Assembly (NCBI GenBank): GCA_002633005.1
Contig: NMRA01000067.1
Span: forward strand, 620,010-684,009
Length of the DNA: 64,000 bases
Origin: Phoronis australis
Lineage: Eukaryota > Animalia > Phoronida
Direction of reading: 5' to 3'
The notes beneath the pieces are model-generated. The model was given only the letters and a program-made list of their open reading frames with translations, was not told where the DNA came from and searched no databases. The translations under genes and the position numbers were made by a program. The number at the start of each line of letters is the position of its first letter. Within the stretch, counting starts at the first letter, position 1. Positions 25,801 to 36,300 of the stretch are shown here, one piece after another.

Positions 25801-28800
25801 CAGTTCAAAATTCCCTTGAATTAAAGGGTAGGTCATCACATATCTTTGAGATACACAAAGGCTATGATTACTCTCTGTCAGTACTGATGACATAACTCCT
25901 GTCTACAGCCTCACAGAGAGACTATTCATATTGGCTTGATATCCCTCACAAGAAGATATGAAGATATTGTTTACAAATGTTTAGACAGCTTCACTGAACC
26001 TTTCAACATGGTGCAAGTTTTATAATATATGGCTGCTCCTAACCCACTGAGGGAGTGCGCTTGACTAGACACATAACACATTCTGGCAACTTGAACAGAA
26101 ATTTTACCAATTCTGAACAGGAATATTTGCTTAAGTTGATCTTGATATCATTCTTAGAAGCTTCTTTAACGGTTGATGTCCACAATTATTAAAAACATTG
26201 ACTGGTGCCCAAAATTAGAGAGATTTTACCTGACTTTTCTTTCGTGAAAAACATTGCAAAATTAAAATTTCACTTGTCCACATCATGCACCCTGAATCTG
26301 TGAAAACTGAATTAGTGAAAATTAAAAGCAATGACTTCACAACAAAAATCTTTCGTCCTGAATTTCGAAAATCTATTTTTCTGAACATCATTTGGGATCA
26401 TAGTACGAATATTTTTGAAATGCGTTAGAAAATTTGGTCATTGACACATGTGACTTAATAACACGTAAAATGTACAGGAGTGATTTCACATGGATAGGTG
26501 TCCTTCCCTTTGATCAGAAATTGTGAAAATATTAATTTTTAACAAGTTCAGTTTTACAAAGTAATTAAATTTCTTAATTCAAACAGCCACAAAAATTAAT
26601 TAGAGAAAAACCTACAAATTTGCCATGAATTCCACAGTTGTTCATTTTCTTGAAAATAGGATAATGGATATGAGACAAACCTCCATGAAAACTGTTTATT
26701 TATTTATTTATGTAATTAAATATCATTTTAAGTATCAGGAATTAAAGCTTTTCCAGACATCAGGCATTTTCTTTCCCGCTCTTATTTTTTCCAAATAAAA
26801 TTCTTTATCAGAGCATTACCGTGTCACTTTAAAGCAAGCACTACATGAACTCATAAATAATTCATGGAAAGTACACATAAAAATAACTTAAGTTGTCAAT
26901 AGAGAAGAGAAAATTAGTGGGTAGACAAGAAAGTGCCCCATAAATAATCCATGGGTCTCCTAATTTAACCCAGGATCCAATTAATGACCCCCCAAACAAG
27001 CTAAATTTTCAGACTCAGGTTTCAAGAGCTTGAAGCATTAATTATCCTGAAAAAAGAATACTGGCTGAGAGTAAATGGCAGTTAAGTTATTCAACACATC
27101 CTGACACTGATAGAATGAATTGCCAACTTTTGCTGAAGAAGCAAAAAGTTCCCCCAAACAGATTATGGCTAACTGATAATCGATTGCTTTTTACTCAAAT
27201 ATCCCTGGAACTAACATGTTCCCTCAACATTTTAATGAGGTATAGGGCAACTGTCAAACAACAACAAAGCATTATTAGTTATCGTCAACTACCAGAAATG
27301 TTAATCTGACATTATTTTTTAATACTATAAGCAATGCCTTCCTGCTAAAATGCTTCGTAACAACTAACAGAAACTCTGATCAAAATTTTGCGTACACTTC
27401 TGGTTTGACTTAGCAACATATATATATGTGATATTTACATCAGATGAAAACGCAGCTAGGTGTATGAATTTCAAGAAGAAAACTTGAATTGCGTGAAACT
27501 ATGCGTGTTGATAATAAAAAGAACAATAACAACGATAATGATAATAAAAATAATAATTTCTTTATTGGACTACAGACCAAAATTTTATTTTTGTACGAAA
27601 CAGATCCATCTCAAACCTGAAAATCTGCACACATTTTTTCAGCCTGTGAAAAAATGTGCATTCAAAACAAAGAAACCAAACTTTGTTTTCACATGTGCTT
27701 AGTACACAAATTGGTTGCACTTGCATACAGGAAGGCCTATATTTCCTCAAGCCTTTCAACCTGCACACTGCACTGACAGAAACATAGGACGCACTGGTGA
27801 AGTGGCCACATTTGTGTGAATGTGTGGTTAGATATATAATAAATAGTCACAATGCCTATGTAAATGAGTGCATAAAGAGTGGTAATGGCCCATTACAAAT
27901 GCATCAATAAAGCAGAAAGTGATGGTTTCTGGTGTGGTTTAACTGAAGGTATGGATTTCCTGAATAAGACAATGTGGCAGTGTGCATCAAAGGTTGAGAG
28001 GAATGCTCAGACACGCAAACAAGAAACCAGAAGCCAACATTTTAACACAAAAATGCATCGTATGATATTGATAGTCAATGTATGCACATTAAAATTCATC
28101 ATGCTGCCACAGCGAAATTTTGTGTAAAGAATTTGATACGTCCCCACTATGACACGTTGGCAAAAGTGTTGTCAGCTCCAGTCAATTTTTCTGTCAAGTC
28201 GCAACAAAGGATGAAAACCATAACCTGGCGCATATAATACCACGCAACGCAAAACAATAATTACCTGGCAAAAAATGCGAAACTGGATACTGGTGACAGG
28301 GTGTTATTTTTTTTTCTAGCTTATTCAGCAAAATGGCGTATTTTTTAAACCTCGTGAAAAATTCCCAAATTTGTCACACTAACTAAGCTGCGTGTCGGTA
28401 ATTCCAATCAAATCTCAGATGAAAGGTCATCGAGGTTTGAATCAATGATTCCCTGGTCCTGTTTATTTGTTGAAGACCTTGTTAAATTGTCTTTTGGGGG
28501 GAGTCTATTGTTATAGACAACAGGAAATGCTGCAGGGGGGATTGTGCAGACTCTATAATTAGATATGTGAGAAATTATTTTGGACCAATATAAATTTGCG
28601 TGCATCACTTGCTTTACAATAAGAGTGTATAATGTCTGGTAGGTCTACAGAGCTCAAAGTGTAACACTTGCTTCACATGACTTATCAAAAAATAACAGTC
28701 ACTGCAATGACTGCACCCCTGCCAACCCATTGCTCACAATCTATAACATTCATATCAAAAATCAGTATTTTGCAAATGAAAACTAGTACGATTGCCATTA

Positions 28801-29613
28801 TTTTCATGAAGTTTAAACTTCAACCAATAGATAGTGTGATACACCTAAAAACAACAATTTTCAGTTTTATATAATATTGTTACTAAAAAGGTGACATTGC
28901 ATAACAATTCAGCTCATTAAATTGATGTTTCGATTTTTGCTGTCGGCATGGTCGATTTCCCCCTACCAGAACACAACCTACCAAATCTCAGTATCTCATA
29001 GCAATTCCTGATCTACCTCCATGAAGTAGGTATGTGGGTTCTCAGTGCTGAAGACAGTGTGACGATACCCAATGAATTAAATTCCTTTTCCCGTTTTTTA
29101 AATGCTACCAATTCTTAGAATGGGAAATCCATATAAAAATTACATTATACACTGGCGCTCAGGATTCGACGCTTCACATTGATCGTGTCTTGCCTATTCC
29201 ACTGTTACCTTCATTTTTCTGGTTCTTCAAAACTCTGATTCATATTTAATGGTATTTTTTTACTTCCAGTAGATTGTTTGAAGAGAAATAAATGCAAGGC
29301 CCCTCCTGACCTGAGGGAACACCAGCAATTCCACACCCAANNNNNNNNNNNNNNNNNNNNNNNNNNNNNNNNNNNNNNNNCCCCCCCCCCCCCCCCCCCC
29401 ATCACATGCCTGAATGGTGTATTGTTCATGGTGGGTTGCCCACTATGCGTTACATTATTATCAACAGAAGTGGGATAACACTAATCTCCTCTTTCCTTGA
29501 TTTTGACTCAGTAACTGAGACCAGCATTACTTACTTTGAGTCTGTGGGTGGACTCCCGACAGGTACAGCACCACCACTAACTGTACACTGTAAAGTACTC
29601 CCGGTCTTGCCAT
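1657..29613 (-). CDS. robo: Roundabout (Robo)-family receptor, spliced gene model (18 coding exons, 980 codons in window using one Ig5a copy; probably 3'-partial)
   Basis: Manual exon chaining with GT-AG sites and matching phases gives SP-5xIg-3xFN3-TM-cytoplasmic tail. Robo-typical motifs include IRDDF..P (Ig2 start), C.PPRG.P.P.ISW.K, DPN.LPS.PSKP (FN3-1), NGVI.GYK, VAAFTKAGVGVKS, VK..WFIA (TM) and MKTF...SPYA (CC1-like). Confidence 0.93.
2173..2445. repeat. 37-bp C-rich minisatellite, ~7 degenerating copies (cccaacccacagcactgccccacagttcatgactcca)
   Basis: (c/t)acagcactg recurs at 2181, 2218, 2255, 2292. Confidence 0.9.
2459..2554 (-). CDS. robo: Robo cytoplasmic exon (VPVHVASDAFRYVHGSSLSRTQSSHNGSNGYG)
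   Basis: tttgcag| and |gtgagt; 96 nt open in phase 1-1, bridging the TM and CC1 exons; no motif support. Confidence 0.78.
3094..3261 (-). CDS. robo: Robo exon, transmembrane helix + basic stop-transfer segment (WFIATLIGGVGGVLICGLLIFSICLY-RKRR)
   Basis: Long hydrophobic stretch followed by RKRR; atacag| and |gtgagt; 168 nt, phase 1-1. Confidence 0.93.
4192..4360 (-). CDS. robo: Robo exon, FN3-3 C-half (VFCLTDN...LQPGHEYTVQVAAFTKAGVGVKSPPDNI)
   Basis: ctcttag| and |gtaaat (a second in-frame donor would move the exon end to 4180); 169 nt, phase 0-1. Confidence 0.92.
4722..4972. repeat. 32-bp minisatellite, ~8 copies (gtcactaatactgctgatatcaagcttcacag)
   Basis: Visible periodicity of gatatcaagcttcac. 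Confidence 0.92.
4982..5097 (-). CDS. robo: Robo exon, FN3-3 N-half (VPSEPPQNIVSQWGKNRTLIVKWSPPPANKQNGVILGYK)
   Basis: Manual translation, below the ORF-track length cut-off; tttgtag| and |gtagga; 116 nt, phase 1-0. Confidence 0.92.
5434..5653 (-). CDS. robo: Robo exon, FN3-2 remainder (IVKSKTSIEGIVIQYK...LLVYTRYEVHVRPFF...ARTLEG)
   Basis: ttacag| and |gtaaga; 220 nt, phase 0-1; YE...RPFF..G..S...A.TLE Robo motif. Confidence 0.94.
6516..6646 (-). CDS. robo: Robo exon, linker + FN3-2 start (GDPNRPVLTPGMTTSIQRTLNNRVIRLVEAKAVSPTSMRVSWE)
   Basis: Donor |gtaaga. The only frame-compatible acceptor is a weak gtgaag|; the nearby aacag| gives an immediate stop. 131 nt, phase 1-0. Confidence 0.82.
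6776..6880. repeat. 15-bp tandem repeat x7 (tgttgctaggtaaca), unit resembles an RFX X-box
   Basis: Units start at 6776, 6791, 6806, 6821, 6836, 6851, 6866. Confidence 0.92.
7107..7257 (-). CDS. robo: Robo exon, FN3-1 C-half (GWKIAS...LVPSKSYVFVVKARNSYGESLPSERSDPVFTK)
   Basis: tttcag| and |gtgagc; 151 nt, phase 0-1; FN3 tyrosine corner L.P...Y.F.V.A.N..G.S.PS. Confidence 0.94.
7705..7895 (-). CDS. robo: Robo exon, linker + FN3-1 N-half (ADPNQLPSPPSKPVIS...RTSVKLRW...YTVEYMSHELRE)
   Basis: ttatag| and |gtgagg; 191 nt, phase 1-0. Confidence 0.93.
8480..8569 (-). CDS. robo: Robo exon, Ig5 C-part (DVHQSDAGLYMCTAESASGETSVSATLTVT)
   Basis: ttgtag| and |gtaggt; 90 nt, phase 1-1; D.G.Y.C.A.S.SGETS Robo motif. 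Confidence 0.92.
9138..9335 (-). CDS. robo: Robo exon, Ig5 N-part, copy B (...KDGQQINEEHRRF...); duplicate or second allele
   Basis: Same splice sites and length as copy A; 7 substitutions by my count (5 synonymous, plus L/Q and Q/E). Confidence 0.8.
10016..10213 (-). CDS. robo: Robo exon, Ig5 N-part, copy A (DFDPRPPPVIVVGP...KDGQLINEQHRRFTVLSSGQLHIT)
   Basis: ttgtag| and |gtgagc; 198 nt, phase 1-1; PPP.I..GP is the Robo Ig5 start motif. Confidence 0.88.
10526..10685 (-). CDS. robo: Robo exon, Ig4 C-half (LNVFPGQPQGRFHVTQGGTLRISHVTKEDAGRYVCSGISGVGRVISSATITVL)
   Basis: Manual translation; tttttag| and |gtgagt; 160 nt, phase 0-1; DAGRYVC motif. Confidence 0.92.
11117..11244 (-). CDS. robo: Robo exon, Ig4 N-half (IPEFVETPVDKSVAVGRNVSLRCIVTGNPKPTVTWRKESAES)
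   Basis: tttcag| and |gtaagg; 128 nt, phase 1-0. Confidence 0.93.
11683..11807 (-). CDS. robo: Robo exon, Ig3 C-half (ARIQDGSLKITDAEVSDEGVYKCLATNPVGTAEAEAVLTVH)
   Basis: DxGxYxC motif in a frame not shown in the ORF track; tttcag| and |gtatgt; 125 nt, phase 2-1. Confidence 0.92.
12051..12204 (-). CDS. robo: Robo exon, Ig3 N-half (KPRIIRKPTDRVINVGEDAVFMCQVAG...ILWEKD)
   Basis: ttccag| and |gtaagg; 154 nt, phase 1-2. Confidence 0.92.
12721..12969. mobile_element. MITE-like element; related copy at 16123-16345
   Basis: Imperfect TIRs ending in TA; shared internal motifs (caaaattg.cattt, tggcatctacac.gta.aaac) with 16123-16345. Confidence 0.55.
13018..13302 (-). CDS. robo: Robo exon, Ig2 (FIRDDFQLNPEDL...CIPPRGRPQPEISWYK...YVCKATNADGERFSRPGELKVY)
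   Basis: Characteristic Robo Ig2 signature; tttcag| and |gtgagt; 285 nt, phase 1-1. Confidence 0.95.
13475..13727. mobile_element. MITE-like element with ~25-bp imperfect TIRs flanked by TA (Tc1/mariner-pogo type)
   Basis: TA cggtaaaaattctcca... and ...tggagaatatttacag TA. Confidence 0.6.
13910..13929. repeat. (GA)n microsatellite
   Basis: Direct inspection. Confidence 0.9.
16123..16345. mobile_element. MITE-like element, same family as 12721-12969
   Basis: tacggtaattct... and ...agaattgtcgta termini; colinear internal similarity. Confidence 0.5.
17241..17254. promoter_or_regulatory. Consensus RFX X-box motif GTTACCATGGCAAC in the Ig1-Ig2 intron
   Basis: Exact match to GTTRCCATGGYAAC; function untested. 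Confidence 0.35.
20107..20391 (-). CDS. robo: Robo exon, Ig1 (GAPQIMEHP...CKAYGNPQPTVTWY...FYCNATNRHGTALSRNATLETA)
   Basis: I-set Ig motifs; ttccag| acceptor, |gtaagt donor; 285 nt, phase 1-1. Confidence 0.93.
21348..21551. repeat. Diverged ~100-bp tandem duplication
   Basis: aaagcttgataca...ctcagaattcttacat...aagacaaa.aaaac occurs twice at ~100-bp offset. Confidence 0.8.
29341..29400. other. Assembly gap (40 N) adjoining a 20-nt poly-C run
   Basis: Direct inspection. Confidence 0.97.
29535..29613 (-). CDS. robo: Robo first coding exon: signal peptide MARPGVLYSVQLVVVLYLSGVHPQTQ (exon spans 29535-29658 including 5'UTR)
   Basis: Kozak gccATGG, in-frame TGA upstream, basic-hydrophobic-small residue pattern, donor A|GTAAGT in phase 1 matching the Ig1 exon, acceptor tgttgcag| at 29659. 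Not in the ORF track. Confidence 0.82.
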
Positions 29614-29629
29614 GGCCAGGGGAGACAAA

Positions 29630-29650
29630 TCACTCCAGCACGTCACTCAT
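29630..29650 (-). promoter_or_regulatory. Upstream ORF (MSDVLE*) in Robo 5'UTR
   Basis: ATG AGT GAC GTG CTG GAG TGA within the start-codon exon, ending 16 nt before the main ATG and out of frame with it. Confidence 0.6.
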
Positions 29651-30052
29651 CTCGCCACCTGCAACATAGCGAAGAAATTGAAAATAAGATACACACTCAA
29701 AATTAAGTTTCATTTCAAAATAATATTAGAGGTTAATATGAGCACTGACAATAAGAGGGCAACCATTTTCAACAAGAAGTTTAAAGCTACATAAGCAATG
29801 AATTTTAAGAAGGAAATATATAATTGTTAATGACAGTTTAGAAGCTCAATTCTTTGATAAGTCATCAACTCAGAAAGAAACTTCTTTCAGTTGTACCTCA
29901 CTCATGATTTGTGCGCTATGGCGATGAAACAAAGCCTTTCTGATATCAGAAGCATCCACCATGCATGCAGCATGTAGAGTACAAGTTGCTTTTGAGAATC
30001 GTGAGAAAACTGTCCGAGTAGTTTTACGTGTCATACAAGTTTGACGTTATGG

Positions 30053-30302
30053 TACGATAAATCTCACCAATTTTGGACACAAATAATTGCCAATATTGCC
30101 CAATGTTACTGTTGTTCATTGTTCAAGGGCTTCTAACATTGTTGTGAAAGCCCATAATTTCTTTAAACATTTTTTGTTGGCTATGGCACAGAACCTGCAC
30201 ATGGAAAAGTATTAATCTGGTGCTACAAATATGGAAGAAATGAGGAGATGAAATTTCACTTGACTGTCAAACTGTGTCCTAAATTGGTGACACTTTGCTG
30301 TA
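30053..30302. mobile_element. MITE-like element with TIRs (tcaccaattt.ggacaca) and TA flanks; relatives at ~56053-56297 (inverted) and ~18700-18900
   Basis: Clear inverted termini; internal ttctaac.ttgt.gt.aaagc.ca.aattt motif shared with the other copies. Confidence 0.6.
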
Positions 30303-33300
30303 CAAGCTGAGTCAGCATGACTTTTCAGCTGCAGCAGCTCCAAAACTGCTAGGTGGTACAGGTAATGTAAGTAGGGAAGGGAGAAGGTAGAGTGAGGTGG
30401 GGATTAAGACATTCAGAGCTGAGGAGACAATGTGTCTACAAAAGTCTAAATAAAAGTGAGCCAAGTATTTAGAACTGGTCTGCTTCAAGGTCAGTTCTGG
30501 AGGAAGGTAAACAAAACATGTCTAAAGACTCTGAAGATCTGATGAGCTGCAATTAAACTCACATCAGAAGAGTCTAGGAACCTGGTTAGCGTACCACAAT
30601 CAGAATTAATTACCGGTTTATTTACATGGACTTCAACAGGAAACATTGCGCATAGGAGTCTGCAGGTTGCGATCATGCAGAAGCCTCTTTCGCTTGACTC
30701 GGCTTTAAATTCTGGTGCGCCATAAGGCAGGCTGAATTGACAAAGATGAAACCAAATTTCTATACTTTGAGACAGACATGCTGAATTAAATACACACCAG
30801 GAGGCAGAGTGCTGCCTACTAACTACCCTATACCCATCTAGCGACAATGTGCATGTCAGCACTAAACAGAAAATGGCTAGCAGATCTCACAGAATTGTTC
30901 AAAGTGGCCAAGGTCAGTCTATGGGCAGTGACAAATGAATACGGACATCCTGAATTACACAGTGACACTTGACTCTTTATGCAGTACTGTATTCCATCTT
31001 CCAATGTCAACAGTTTTACTGCACTAATGTGTTCTGCAACCCCAACAGTAAGAAGTTGGACGACTTTGACAAGTACTCCTGGATGTGTGGTGTTTCCAAC
31101 ATGATCACCTGAATCAATCTGACCTTTCCAAAAAAGCCCAATGTTACAATGTGTTTTCTTTCCTCCAAGACAAAGGTCAGAGTTGTAGGGGATCCTCATG
31201 TTGGAAAATATTTTCAATACTGTCTTAACTTTGAGCTCAGAGCTTAGAGTATGATAATGCTGACAGAAATGACCACTTTCAAACCTCAAAATAAGGTCTT
31301 GCTTACAAAACTATGAGCGAGACGATTTTATATTGAAAGGTATAAAGGACCATTTCACAAGCTTTTTATGGTGACGACAATGATGAAAACTGCCATCCTT
31401 CTCAAGCACCTCACTGATTACTGATGTGATCAAATGGAGAAATATGGGAAGTTCAAGCACTTCACAGACCAGATCTGTACACTAACCTGTCATTCAAAAC
31501 ATCTGCCATAATATTTTAAATTCGTGGAAATGTTGAAGCCGACACGGGATGAATCAGACAGCACGGCCGATACAACATAATAAATGATTATTATGTCACA
31601 TATTATAGAGACAAGACAGAAGTAATGACAACTGAGTCAGTAGTCATCAATCAAACTATTTGACAGCCTTGGACAATAACAAGGGGAGTAAAGAAATATA
31701 ACTATAACAGCAGAAAATGCTAACATTGACATCGACAAAGAACTTGCTCTAATGATGTAGTTTCTTAACACCAAGATGTACTAGGCATTTAGAGAAAGAC
31801 CCTAAAACACTGGGAGTTAATCGACAATTATTTAGATCAATTGGAAAAAATATCTGGGTTATTTTGTTGTGTTTTGTATTAAAGTCCATCAAAAAATTGC
31901 CAAAATTTAACATTGGAGCAATAAAACAACTCCACTTATTGCACTATCACGTAAAAATCAAAGAAATAATAATATGATGTAAACACATTAGTTCAAGCAA
32001 AACATTATTGCCATGGTGTAATTTATTAAATACAAATATCTAGAAAGGGCCCTTGTTTATTTGAGGGGAAAAGTGCTTGTGCCTTCTGACGGGAATTTTT
32101 TGGAGTGAGCAGAAATTTCTACCTCCTGACCACTATCAATAGGACCCCCCACCCTGTTGCACGCCATCACAAGCTCCGTCTCAACTAGCCAAAACTATCA
32201 TTTCGCACTCTTTTAAATTGTCACCTGTGCGAGTTACAAATGATTCGAACCTTGAGGGGAATTTTCAATCACTTGAGGAAGAGTTTTGGTCCTCATGAGG
32301 GGAATTTCACGTGACATTTCAACATTTTTCGGAGGGGAATGGGGCCGAATTTCGAGGGATTGGGAGAAAATTATGAAATTTAATACACCAGTAAATTAAA
32401 CACCAAGTTCCCTCTCATCACACAACTCATATGTATCCTGTTAGTTATTACTAGTTTCTTTTAATGCTGTTTTCAAACACTGAAATACCCCAATACACCA
32501 CATGTTTGTTCCACATTGCTGGCAATGGAGATAAAACAAAACTTCACCTGTAACTGACAGTGTAGCTCAAATCTTTTTAGTAATCCTTCCGCGTAAATTT
32601 TACTCCTCTTCTATCCTAAATAATCCTGCTTCTCCCTTCGATGTCCAGTCCACTAATCCCGGGAACGTCTGTACACGGCCAGACACAATACTCTAATAAC
32701 AACTTCCCACAACGGTTACATGACTCAACACTGTTGCTGGAAAGCTATCCTTAATCACCATTTGAGCCTGGGACTTGTCCACGCTGACCCAGAAAAAACA
32801 CGCTTCCTCCCTGGCAGAGTCAACTGAACTAATGAATAGGGCAAACACTAGCAGCCCATATATCAACCACCGGTGACCACAGCTGATGACTTGGCAATAG
32901 AAAACACAATGACCATAAGAGGAAAATAACAAACACTGAAACACACAGATACTGGCAGAAGCCGGTGTGAGAAAAAATTATTGTCTATTGACAAACTGCA
33001 TGTAATGCCAACTAACTGCTTTGTCAAATATCAGCCTAGGGCTGTCCACACAGAGCCATTCACACAATGACCGCTACTGTCCACACATGGACAACTGATC
33101 ACCACCAGCATCAACCAATGATGGTGTTCAAAGCAGTACATTCCAGCTGGCTTGTCATTGGTTACTTTCCCAATACAGGTTATTTACATGCTGGTTCTTA
33201 TTGGGTATGAAATAATAGTTTTAACTATTATTATTAAAATAATTAAGAAGGCACCAGAAAACGCACACATAACCTAGTTAAAAAGCAATCATTCAAAACG

Positions 33301-36300
33301 TAGAAACTCAAACCCATTAAAATTTCAAAAACAAGGTAAAATATAAATAATAATAAAGATTTTTCAACATTACAGTTTTGTATTCACTATCCAACTTTCA
33401 GATCACTTGCTGCTGATAAGCATGAGTAAAATATAAATTATGGTAGCACACAATATGGTGGACATGTGGAATTTTCTTTTGTCAAGTTTCCCAAACAAGA
33501 CTTTAGTCATTTTATTATCAGCCTTGTTTGAACTCTGGACGAGGCAAAAACAACTTTGGGTCAAGTTAACACCAACTGCAGCAATACAGTCTGACTTTGA
33601 AAATTAGAAAAAAAAGCAATTTTGGCAGTGATTATTTGGCAAACTAAGAGTTACTGTATGTTGCATTTATAAGACAAAAAATGCCTCTGTAATGTCTCTT
33701 GTTTTTAAGCCCAACTTGATGTACACCCCAACACAAAGTGGCGGTGTGACAAGAAGGAAATCCAATAAACACTACTCATCTTTACACTGAATGACCACAG
33801 ACCTGTTTGAAAATGACAAATTCTGTGCTGTTTAAAGCCTTTTTTGCAAGCTGACAGGACAAAGATTGATTGGTGTGTGGAGTTCAGAACCCCATAATGT
33901 GAAGACTGAAAATTGAGAAAGTTCGTACAAAACCACTCATGGTGATATCAACAATCTGAAATGCATTATTACACCTCCGACATGGCCCACACTCACCTTG
34001 AAAAAACACCTATTCTTTCTCAATAAAAGAGTCATACAAGCAATCTAAATCGAACGCTATTAGTGTGTCAATGAATGAATACCGTTCAAAGCCACATAAA
34101 GCACGCTTGTGCACTGTTTTTCCGTGACAAAATTAAACTGTCAACAAAATGGGAGGAAGCTGTGCCGGTGAATTAAAACGTGGAGGCTCAGATTTCAAAA
34201 GCATTGGGTATGGGATACAACAGAATGCTCCTTTACAAGGACTATAAAAATGTGATGAGACAGCAGTTGATGGGGGAAGCAGTGTGCTGTATTACACATG
34301 AAAGGATTATGTGAGCTGCTTCATTAGGCTTAAATAGCCATTCCTGAGCTGTGCTTTACCAATGGTACTTTGACTTGGAGAATACTATACCTCTTATTAC
34401 CTTTCACTAGAGTTTAATGAATACACAAGGCACACCTTCTTCATCTGACCACCAGATGGGGCTAGTGGTGACGTGGCATACAATTAACTGGATAACTGTG
34501 CTATCAAATAATATATGTTTCAGTTTTAACCAAGTGATACTAAGTAAGTTTCAGTGATGTAATGTAGATTCAGGGACACCACCTCTAGAGCACTGATAAC
34601 CCAGAACAATTTCAGGATATCAGAGAAAAAAAATCAAATTTTGAAAAACGGACTGTCGAAAATCTTTTCACCTACCACATTAGTACTGTTCCCATGTATT
34701 TTGGAATTCCCGAAATATTTTAGGAAAATTGGATTGTGTCCCCAAAGGATTCGTGAATACTAGAAAATTATGTCGCCCCTATATTGGCAGACACTGCACT
34801 ACTCTGAGTCTTTTGTGAATGACTACTTAGTGTAGTACACTGCACGCCAGCAACAAACCACTTAGGTCATGAATAATTCCACCCCCCCTCTCCCCACCCC
34901 TCCCTCCGCCTCTATTTTAGCAGTAAAGTTCAAGTAAAGTGCAAAACCGTGGTATGTAGCATAGTTACACTGTGACAGGATACACCTACTGACAGTGAAT
35001 GGCCAATAGAGTGTAGTAAGGTGATCTATCTGCTGTGCACAGATATCACTTTTCACATCATCAGGTTTTCATAGCCTCTATTATATCCATCACACTTGTC
35101 CACTGCCATTACTGAGTATCTAAACCTCCGGTAAGGCTGAACAGTGCATGTCTAGAGCATATCTATTCAAAGTCTTTTAGCATGATGTCTGAAAATGCCA
35201 TGCCAACACGCTAGCTACATATCACTGACTTGAAACACGGCCTTAAACCTGTACTCCGTCCAAGAAGCAAACTTTTGATTTGGACCACTAACCGCTATAA
35301 AATTGGTGTCAACATCTTCCTTACTCAAGTGAGAAGCGACCTCAACGTTTGCAAAACACTGACAATTCCTTCTTTCTTGAGATCATACTCAGTGCATAAA
35401 ATGACACGAAGTGAAAAGTCAACTTGTAGAGCTTAGTCCCAAAAGCAATAGAAACGGGCAGTTCCATCCAAGCCCCCAAATCACATTTTGACTAAGGAAC
35501 ACTTTGAGATCAATTACGTAACGGCCAGTGGCTTACAGATGTATGTGCATGTTTCTATAGCAGAAACTAAATGACAAAGCTATTTGAACATCATCTAGGC
35601 TAAACAAGGTGTATTTCACTGACAACTTGTAAATGTGACAACAAAAAATTATGCAAATAGGTGACCTTTGCACAAGTGATGTAACTAGGGGGCTCACACA
35701 GCCTGCATCCAGCAGTGTTATTCCCCAACACCACCTGACGATACTTACTGGACACAGTCAAATGATTTACCGTGGATCATTTATGACATAAAACTTGTTC
35801 TTAAAACCACTTGGCAATTTTCAACCTACATGATGTATTTCTAAGTACGGTAATTTGGCCAAGAAATCAAAGATAAGGAATTAGCATGCAAGTTCCACTT
35901 CAAATCAAAAGTTGGTTTTAGCCATGGAAGCTATGTTTAAAGCAGCTTTACCTCTCACCTATTGACACAGTTAGTTTTGTTTTTCAAGGGAATTCCACCT
36001 CACTGATGCTCACATAACATGTCCAGGGGATGTTCATAAACCTCACAAAAATGTGCTCGTGAATTTATCGTCAAAATTCCCGAGCCATTATTTCTAGCTC
36101 AGACCTCAACTAAGCCCCTTGTCCAAATATACAAACCAACACATGTACTGGGCGACAAGAGCCAACAAAGATACACATGTGTTTTTAATGGGAAATATAG
36201 TCTCTCTTTTTACAGCCCTACTCATCAGAGAGCCCCAGGCAAAGAATAGGAAAAGTGTTAAAAAAACACTGAATCATTTACGAGTTGACAGACAAAAACA

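Noticed and set aside
1657-29613. Alternative identity as Dscam, DCC/neogenin, L1/contactin or a receptor phosphatase
   Set aside because: The 5 Ig + 3 FN3 + TM architecture and Robo-specific motifs (RDDF, PPRG.P.P, RPFF, MKTF/PYA) fit Robo and not these families.
30491-31289. 123- and 153-aa minus-strand ORFs upstream of the signal-peptide exon
   Set aside because: No recognisable motif or convincing exon boundaries; the in-frame stop before ATG 29613 excludes an N-terminal extension.
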